Positions 58,293 through 64,000 of a DNA stretch of 64,000 nucleotides are shown here, piece by piece. The translations under genes and the position numbers were made by a program. Position 1 is the stretch's first letter. Every line of letters starts with the position of its first letter. The notes under the pieces are model-generated. The model saw only the letters and a list, made by a program, of their open reading frames with translations. It was not told where the DNA came from and did not search any database. The DNA comes from Planctomycetota bacterium (lineage in GTDB: Bacteria > Planctomycetota > UBA8108 > UBA1146), in contig JAYZTT010000027.1 in assembly GCA_036125855.1 (NCBI GenBank), forward strand, positions 77,420-141,419, given 5' to 3'.

Positions 58293-60029
58293 GTGTTCAG
58301 CGATCAGTTTGACCAGGATCAGGCCGGAGCCACAGATTTTCCGTGGTTACGGAGCTCAGCTCAGGAATCGCTCCACGGTCAGCGAGACCGTCTACAACAT
58401 CTGAGTAGTCAATTCGCAGACGATCCCCGCTTCCCGTCGACTCATCTACTGCCGCCAGAAGTCGATGACGGCTTCGACTTTTTTGAAGAGGGGATGACTC
58501 TCGATCGGTGTATCGCCCGTACCAGTCCCGATCCCGAACGGAACTGGGAAGTTCTGGTGGTGGGAGGTCTGAGAACTCTGGTCGGGCATTTCGCCAACCT
58601 GGCTCGCTTGCTGGCGGTCCTCAATGAAGAGGGATTTCCGGTACTGGCACTGACACCGCAGGCGGTAGTTCTGGCCAGTGATGGAGGTCTGCTGCTTCGA
58701 TCAGACCATCTGTTTCCCGACCTGACCGAAAATATCGATGATCTCGCCAGCCGAATTGCACCTGAGATTCTCCTGGCAAGGCAAACTCCGACCTTTGATG
58801 AGTGCCAAATTGTCTATGCTCTGGCGGCCTTGATTCACGAGTGTGCACTGGGGAGGCCACCCTGGGTCGGTCGAGGAGCGGCCGAAGTCGCCGACAGGAT
58901 TCTATCCGGAGTCCCGATGGTGGATCGCATCGATGTGATTCCCGATCCACCCGGCTTGATCGGTTTGTTACGTGATTCGCTCTCCCTCGATCCACAGCGA
59001 AGACCCGCAAAATTGCGTGGATTCGCCAGCATGCTCGATGCGGTTCGAGACGGGGCCAGGCCGAGGGCACAGCGGAGAACTCCAAACCCGGGGTCGGTGA
59101 AGAGAACCAGAAGATGGCAACCGCTGGTCGCCTGGATCTGTTTGCTTCTGATGGCCGGCTTGATCGGCCGTTTCAGTGTCAGTGAACCGATTCCGGAAGA
59201 TCTGGTGTCCGATCTTTCTCCGGCGATGCTAATTCGTCCGCTACCGGTTCATGCCGAGGACACTCCTGCCGATCCCCTCGGCAAGACCCTGATCGAGTTG
59301 TACGGAGAATCGGCGGGGGACCTCCATGCCATCATGGAGGTACAGAGAGAGCTGGCATGGGTTTCGCTGCGCGCTGGCCAGTTTCAGGGTGCCCGCCAGG
59401 CTGCACGGTATGCCGTGCAGGCCGGTCCAGATCGTCCTGGTCCATGGATTATTCTCGGAATCGCGGCTCTGGAACTGGGGGATCTCGCCGGTCAACTCGA
59501 ACTGGAGCGAGGGTTGGAACTGCAACCGGTCGATCTGTTCGACTCCTGGAGTATCGCTGCAGGGCACTTCTATCTGCTTCACTTTGAAGATGCCGCGACC
59601 ACTCTGAGCCAGATCATCGAGCAGACTCCCGAAGATGCAGACGCCTGGTTTCACCATGCTCTGGCGCTGCTCCGTGCGAAGGATCACACCGGTGCCTCCC
59701 GTTCCCTATCACGGTCGCGTCAGATACGCCCGCTCGATGGATGGATCGATTGGCTTTCGGCGGAAATCGCTCTTTCCGAGGGACGAGAAGGAGAAGTACG
59801 GAGAATTCTGGAGGAAGCCAGCGCCCGTTTTTCTGCTTCCAAGGCGCTGTCTCTTCGCGCCGGAGCACTGTGGGATCGACTCGGAGATGGTCCCCGTTCT
59901 CGCGAGTGGATTCGTCGGGCCGATTCCGACCGGCTCGATTCACCCCATCGAGAATGGCGCCAGGGCGGCAGAATCGTTGAGGAGGGGCGTGCCCATCTGA
60001 TGCTGGGTCCTCCATTTCCGCCAGAATAG
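58293..60029 (+). CDS. Membrane protein with a degenerate protein-kinase-like domain (pseudokinase) and C-terminal TPR repeats
   Basis: C-lobe-like IAPEILLARQ...YALAALIHECALGRPPW is retained. At the catalytic-loop position the sequence is GFPVLALTPQAVVL instead of HRDLKPxN, and DFG is replaced by DHL. No glycine loop or VAIK. One TM helix (LVAWICLLLMAGLIG), then TPR-like repeats. Confidence 0.6.
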   Translation: MFSDQFDQDQAGATDFPWLRSSAQESLHGQRDRLQHLSSQFADDPRFPSTHLLPPEVDDGFDFFEEGMTLDRCIARTSPDPERNWEVLVVGGLRTLVGHFANLARLLAVLNEEGFPVLALTPQAVVLASDGGLLLRSDHLFPDLTENIDDLASRIAPEILLARQTPTFDECQIVYALAALIHECALGRPPWVGRGAAEVADRILSGVPMVDRIDVIPDPPGLIGLLRDSLSLDPQRRPAKLRGFASMLDAVRDGARPRAQRRTPNPGSVKRTRRWQPLVAWICLLLMAGLIGRFSVSEPIPEDLVSDLSPAMLIRPLPVHAEDTPADPLGKTLIELYGESAGDLHAIMEVQRELAWVSLRAGQFQGARQAARYAVQAGPDRPGPWIILGIAALELGDLAGQLELERGLELQPVDLFDSWSIAAGHFYLLHFEDAATTLSQIIEQTPEDADAWFHHALALLRAKDHTGASRSLSRSRQIRPLDGWIDWLSAEIALSEGREGEVRRILEEASARFSASKALSLRAGALWDRLGDGPRSREWIRRADSDRLDSPHREWRQGGRIVEEGRAHLMLGPPFPPE

Positions 60030-60122
60030 TGGTGAATAGATCTACAGCGACCGCGTCATCCCTTTCGAGAGCAAGCAGGGAGCAATTCAGCGACCTCGTG
60101 GCTTTCAAGAAAGGGGTCGATC

Positions 60123-60665
60123 ATGTCGATGCGAACCTTGCTCGGGCTGTTGCTTGTTTTTTCCACCTCGCTGCTGGCCGCTCCTTCGTTGGTCGAGGCG
60201 TCCGATTCCAAGCGGTCCGTTGCCTCGAAACGGAGCTCCTCGGCGAACCGGTTCAGCACCTCGAAGAGATTCTCTTCCTCTGGCAGGTGTGAGCCGCGGA
60301 CAGTTCGCAACTGTTCCCTTCACCGTCATGAGCATGTCATCACCGCCGGTATGACCTACTTCAACCGGGGCAGGGCCTGTCTCCGCCGGTTACCCTGCGG
60401 AACCGTCCAGCGTTGGATACCACCCTCCAGCAAGGTGGTTCGTTGCAAGGTACCGGGAGTTCCGACCTTTCGGACGGTGACGCGTTACCGGACCATCTGG
60501 ACCTGTGGTATCGCGAGGCGCGTTCCCTACCGCGAAACGATCAAGATCCCTGGTAGGGACCGGATCATCCATGAACGGGTCAAGGTCCCTGGAAAGTGGG
60601 TTCCTTACAAGTTCAGCCGTCGCTACGGCTCACAGCTGAGCTTTTTACGGTACCCACCAGCATAG
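60123..60665 (+). CDS. Secreted basic Cys/Arg-rich protein, function unknown
   Basis: Signal peptide MSMRTLLGLLLVFSTSLLAAPSLVEA, Ser/Arg-rich linker, six Cys. ATG follows AAAGGGG. Confidence 0.5.
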   Translation: MSMRTLLGLLLVFSTSLLAAPSLVEASDSKRSVASKRSSSANRFSTSKRFSSSGRCEPRTVRNCSLHRHEHVITAGMTYFNRGRACLRRLPCGTVQRWIPPSSKVVRCKVPGVPTFRTVTRYRTIWTCGIARRVPYRETIKIPGRDRIIHERVKVPGKWVPYKFSRRYGSQLSFLRYPPA

Positions 60666-60684
60666 ATCCCACCCCCTGTACCCA

Positions 60685-60726
60685 CCCGGGGCCGACCACG
60701 CGGGTTGTCGGCTCCGGGTCTTTCAT
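60685..60726 (+). terminator. Probable rho-independent terminator of the secreted-protein gene
   Basis: 12-bp stem CCCGGGGCCGAC / GUCGGCUCCGGG (one G-U), 10-nt loop, followed by UCUUUCAUC. Confidence 0.5.
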
Positions 60727-60739
60727 CACTTGTCGCCCC

Positions 60740-60768
60740 TTGACCCGAATCATTCTGTTGGCCATATT
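60740..60768 (+). promoter_or_regulatory. Sigma-70-like promoter candidate (TTGACC-17 nt-CATATT)
   Basis: TTGACC at 60740-60745, 17-nt spacer, CATATT at 60763-60768. Pattern match only. Confidence 0.3.
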
Positions 60769-60936
60769 TCGGCGTGCCCGAAATCTGGATATTTGTATCC
60801 GGCTTTGGGCTACCAGAATCCGGTCGTGCCAGCAGGCTCGTGCCGAGTGTCTGGAGAGTGCTCGCCGCCTACCTGGAGTCGTGACCCGCTCCGAGAGTGC
60901 CTTCATATCCTCTGGCTGATATCCGGAACACTGGAT

Positions 60937-60962
60937 GAGATCGTCTCATGACAGACGATCTC
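60937..60962. repeat. Perfect 10-bp inverted repeat with 6-nt spacer in the non-coding region
   Basis: GAGATCGTCT-CATGAC-AGACGATCTC. Either an RNA hairpin or a dimeric regulator-binding site. Confidence 0.6.
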
Positions 60963-61235
60963 TGTGGGGGAAAGCCGGGCTCCACTGCTGCAGGCAGCAG
61001 CGGGACGGGGGAATTCAGCGCGGGGCCCGCCTCTGGGGGGAAATTTCATCTGAAACGTGGCTGCAGAGCGGTCGAAATTCTGGACCGGTTTGGGCCTCGG
61101 ATCTGGCAGGTGTGACAGCCTGTTTGCACCCACCCCTGACGATTTGCATCAATGTCCTGCACACACAGGCCTGCTCGTCCCTACACATTTCATGAGCAGG
61201 TTCCGCATCATCCTCGTTCATTCAGACCCAAGCTT

Positions 61236-61270
61236 CTCCTCGTCGAGTAGGGACGGCGAGGAGCTTTCTG
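61236..61270 (+). terminator. Terminator-like hairpin inside the long non-coding region
   Basis: Stem CUCCUCGUCG / CGGCGAGGAG (10 bp with one G-U), 8-nt loop, followed by CUUUCU. Confidence 0.3.
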
Positions 61271-61411
61271 GGCCAGATTCTGGCTTCTACCGTCGATCCC
61301 CAACAATTCACCGTTCAAATTCTTTACGGCAGAGGCTCCGGTCGCTAGCCTATCCGTCAGGATTCATTACGGCCCCTGGATGGTAGGGACCTCGGATCAG
61401 GAGGAGACACG

Positions 61412-64000
61412 ATGGATGGTGAAGCTCCGGTTGTCGATTCGGAAAGTGTGAGTCGTCGCGACGATCCCCGTCAGCAGGCCCTGCAAAGGCTGCGCGATTG
61501 GATTCATGGCGGTCTCGATCCCCAGGCCACAGCGGCCAGGAAATCCAGCACGCCCTGTTCGATGGTGCTGGTTCGCGGCCCCAGTGGCATCGGAAAAACT
61601 CATCTCATCGAGGAAGCTCTGCGCCCGGTGGAAGAAGGGTCCGATCACGCCTCCATCCTCAGTCGCCAGGTTCATTGCCATGAACGGCAAGGGATCCCCT
61701 TCCTACCGGTACTTCGCCTGGTCAAGGATCTCATCGGGGAACATGGGGCCAGTAACGGTCTGTGGCAGCGCTACGCTCACGTCATGTGTCGGGTGTTTCC
61801 CGAACTGCAGGGGGAAGTCCCCGGTCTTCAGCAGTTTGAGCCGCTGCAAGGCAAGAGTGGCCGGATTCAGTTCCATCAGGCCTTGACCGGGATTCTCGGT
61901 GAACTGGCTCAAGATCGGACCCTGGTGCTGGTGCTGCATGATCTGCATCGAAGTGATCCCGGAACCATCGAATTTCTGGAATACCTGGCACGAAATGTCG
62001 CACTTTCGAGTGAATCGGGGCAATACCAGCAGGAGGGTACTGGATCGATCGGGACCCGGGACTGGAAACACATCCGGGCTCGCGAGGGGCGCTCGGGAGA
62101 ATTCGCCAGTTCCATCATCGATGAGGATCTGGGTAGTGGAGCGATGGCGGAGGCTCAGGGGCGCTTGCTGATCATCGCCGATCATGGTTTTGATGCGGTT
62201 CAGATCCAGGATACGGAACTGGGCCAGCTCTCACATCAGCCGTTTTCTTGCACCATCGAACTCTCTTCTCTCAGTACCTCTGAGGTGAAAGAACTGGTCC
62301 AGCAACAACTAGGAGCTGAACCTCCCGATCCATTGATCGACATGATTGCCGAGGCATGTGGAGGGAATGCGTTGCTGGTGGTGGAGATGTGTCGATTGCT
62401 GCAGGAGGGCGGCGTCGCGACTCCACTGGAGAGTGCCAGCGTGAAGGCGCTGCTCGACAGCGCTCCCGATGGCTCTCTTTCACAGCTGCTGATCGATCGG
62501 CGACTGGCAGCGGTTCCACCGCTGGAGCGACGGATCCTGGAGCACCTGGCGATGCTGCGCAGGCCGGTGCAATTGTCGCTGCTGGTCTCGTCCAGTGGAG
62601 TTTCCAGGGAGCGCCTGGAGGAAGCGCTGGAGAGTCTGGATGAGAGGGGGTTCATCAAGAAGCATCTCTCGCGTGGAACCGTCAGGTACTACATCACCCA
62701 CGAGATTCATATGCAGGGGCTACGCTGCTCCATCCGGCCAGAAGCTGCCAGAAGTTTGCAACAGGAGCTGGGTCGGATTCTGGCCCAGGACTCGCGCAGT
62801 CAGGACCCGGTGAGGGCCTTCGAAGTCCATGAGTTACTTGCCGCTGGAGGTCAACTGGAACAGGCCATCGGCTACGGCGTAATCGCCATGCGTTACTTTG
62901 CCGGCGCTTATGCCGAACCCCTTGCGATTCGCATCGGTCGTCGGATGCTCGATAGTCTTGGCGTTTCCGAGGAGCCTGTCATTCGTCGAGAGATTCTCAG
63001 TTTGCTGGCGAAACTGGAGATGGAAACGGGACAGCCGGAATCGGGAAAACTCCACATCAAGATGTTGCTGGAGGATTCTGATCTGGAGGTCCAGCAACGA
63101 ATCGAGGCACGCTGTTTTCTCGCAGAGATCTACCTCAGCTTGCATGAGCCACTGAAGGGCATCAGAACCCTGAATCGAGTCAGCTCCTCCGACCTCGAGG
63201 CGATCGGGAAACTGGGCGTGGTTCGAATCACGATCCTGAGGGCTCGCTTACGATTGCAGCGGCGAGATATCAAGAGAGCGATGAGCCTCTGCCTCAAGGC
63301 TCAGAAGGAGATCGAGGGAAGCAGCGATCAGCCGGGAGCCCAGGAGTTGCATTGCCAGGTGCTCGAGATCCTGGCCGAGACGCATCTGGCCAGGGGGGAT
63401 TCAGCAGCTGCTCTCAACTGTTACCAGACACTGCTGGACATGGTGGAGCGATCCAATGACGTGGTGGCTCTTGGATCAGTCTTGCGCACGATCGGGCGGG
63501 TTTACTACGAGCGTGGAAAGCATTTCCGTGCCGCTCGTTATCTATTCCGGGCCCTTGAAGTGGTGGAATCCTCGCAAGACGTCAGAGCGCTCGCTGCCAC
63601 CTACGAGTTGCTGGGGAAGGTGTACCGAAATAGCGGGGACTTCTCCCGGAGTCTCGATCACTTCCGGCGCTGCTTGACCCTGCGCGAGCGGATCGGTGAT
63701 TCCCATGACATCTCTCCCACCCTCAACTCCATCGGCAGCCTGCATGCTCATTCCGGGGACTATGCGAGGGCGGTCCGGTTCTTCAAGAGAAGCGTGACCA
63801 ATAGCGAGAAATTTGGAAGTACCGGGGGAATTGTCCGGTCCTTCCTTCATCTGGGTTGGACCTGGTTTGCTCTCGGTGAAAGAAAACAGGTAGAGAATCT
63901 GTCGCGGCAGATTCTGATTCTGACTCAGGAGTTCGAACTCCCTGAGTACCAGTCCGAGGGGCATCGGATGCAGGGCAATCTGGCCTTGCTGCGTCGAGAC
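61412..64000 (+). CDS. Large AAA_16/STAND-type ATPase with C-terminal TPR repeats; 3' end outside window (863 codons visible)
   Basis: ATG 61412 follows GGAGGAG. I translated the frame to nt 64000 and found no stop, so it has no entry in the ORF track. Walker A RGPSGIGKTHL, Walker B LVLVLHDLHRSD. TPR-like repeats from about aa 480 (e.g. ALGSVLRTIGRVYYERGKHFRAARYLFRALEV). Confidence 0.75.
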   Translation, partial: MDGEAPVVDSESVSRRDDPRQQALQRLRDWIHGGLDPQATAARKSSTPCSMVLVRGPSGIGKTHLIEEALRPVEEGSDHASILSRQVHCHERQGIPFLPVLRLVKDLIGEHGASNGLWQRYAHVMCRVFPELQGEVPGLQQFEPLQGKSGRIQFHQALTGILGELAQDRTLVLVLHDLHRSDPGTIEFLEYLARNVALSSESGQYQQEGTGSIGTRDWKHIRAREGRSGEFASSIIDEDLGSGAMAEAQGRLLIIADHGFDAVQIQDTELGQLSHQPFSCTIELSSLSTSEVKELVQQQLGAEPPDPLIDMIAEACGGNALLVVEMCRLLQEGGVATPLESASVKALLDSAPDGSLSQLLIDRRLAAVPPLERRILEHLAMLRRPVQLSLLVSSSGVSRERLEEALESLDERGFIKKHLSRGTVRYYITHEIHMQGLRCSIRPEAARSLQQELGRILAQDSRSQDPVRAFEVHELLAAGGQLEQAIGYGVIAMRYFAGAYAEPLAIRIGRRMLDSLGVSEEPVIRREILSLLAKLEMETGQPESGKLHIKMLLEDSDLEVQQRIEARCFLAEIYLSLHEPLKGIRTLNRVSSSDLEAIGKLGVVRITILRARLRLQRRDIKRAMSLCLKAQKEIEGSSDQPGAQELHCQVLEILAETHLARGDSAAALNCYQTLLDMVERSNDVVALGSVLRTIGRVYYERGKHFRAARYLFRALEVVESSQDVRALAATYELLGKVYRNSGDFSRSLDHFRRCLTLRERIGDSHDISPTLNSIGSLHAHSGDYARAVRFFKRSVTNSEKFGSTGGIVRSFLHLGWTWFALGERKQVENLSRQILILTQEFELPEYQSEGHRMQGNLALLRRD

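Noticed and set aside
60875-60885. GGAGUCGUGAC resembles the GGGUCGUGAC start of the ZTP (pfl) riboswitch.
   Set aside because: The following UGGCG and the downstream CCGCCUGGGCA pseudoknot partner are absent or in the wrong order, and the downstream gene is unrelated to purine or folate metabolism.
60966-60983. GGGGGAAAGCCGGGCUCC resembles the conserved CR-I/P4 5' strand of bacterial RNase P RNA (GAGGAAAGUCCGGGCUCC).
   Set aside because: It lacks the U of AGUCC. The only complementary CCGGCUUU lies upstream (60799-60806) rather than ~280 nt downstream. I could not find the other conserved RNase P blocks (the GGUAA/UGAAA region, or ACAGAAxCCGGCUUA in the right order) on either strand.
63219-63229. 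GGTTCGAATCA, a tRNA T-loop-like string.
   Set aside because: It lies inside the long STAND ATPase reading frame, and no acceptor, D or anticodon stems can be built around it. No intergenic gap in the window yielded a tRNA-like cloverleaf.
1-64000. Scanned for CRISPR arrays, IS elements, integrases, phage or plasmid genes, and toxin-antitoxin pairs.
   Set aside because: No regularly spaced direct repeats and no transposase, recombinase or phage-like translations in any frame. By eye, composition and gene packing look uniform across the window.

Overview
Moderately GC-rich, densely coding chromosomal segment with about 57 protein-coding genes. I could not recognise any rRNA or tRNA gene, CRISPR array, transposase or integrase. 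The gene content points to a Planctomycetota core-genome region rather than an accessory island. It includes a giant PSCyt1/DUF1549/DUF1553(PSD1) protein next to a TAT-signal DUF1501 protein, several FtsX/MacB/Lol-type ABC systems, duplicated GspE/PilB ATPases, and many TTG/GTG starts behind strong Shine-Dalgarno boxes. Housekeeping blocks: rsmD/rluD; ldh-rnpA-yidD; a radical-SAM TIGR03960-type gene; a PhoR/PhoB-like two-component pair; pilB-pilB-pilC; rnr-rnhA; FKBP/PpiD-like foldases; rpiB; lipA-lipB-E2-E1beta-lpdA with a divergent fused E1 alpha-beta gene; and ftsH. Items worth a second look: (1) an ArsC/Spx/YffB-family gene whose first redox Cys codon is an in-frame TGA followed by a hairpin, a candidate selenoprotein that the ORF track truncates. 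(2) A YrdC/TsaC domain fused to a YwlE-type low-molecular-weight phosphatase, next to rpiB. (3) An E1-beta gene with no E1-alpha partner in the 2-oxoacid dehydrogenase operon. (4) A 2.6-kb ORF for an AAA_16/STAND ATPase with TPR repeats that runs off the right edge and is missing from the ORF track. (5) The 745-nt non-coding, hairpin-rich region in front of it. (6) A 46-codon membrane sORF packed between a MerR gene and a coiled-coil gene. (7) A six-gene translationally coupled operon joining a Lol/MacB-type set to an Fe(III)-type importer. I found no convincing evidence for a wholly new multi-gene system. All calls rest on reading the translations and the DNA by eye, with no database search.
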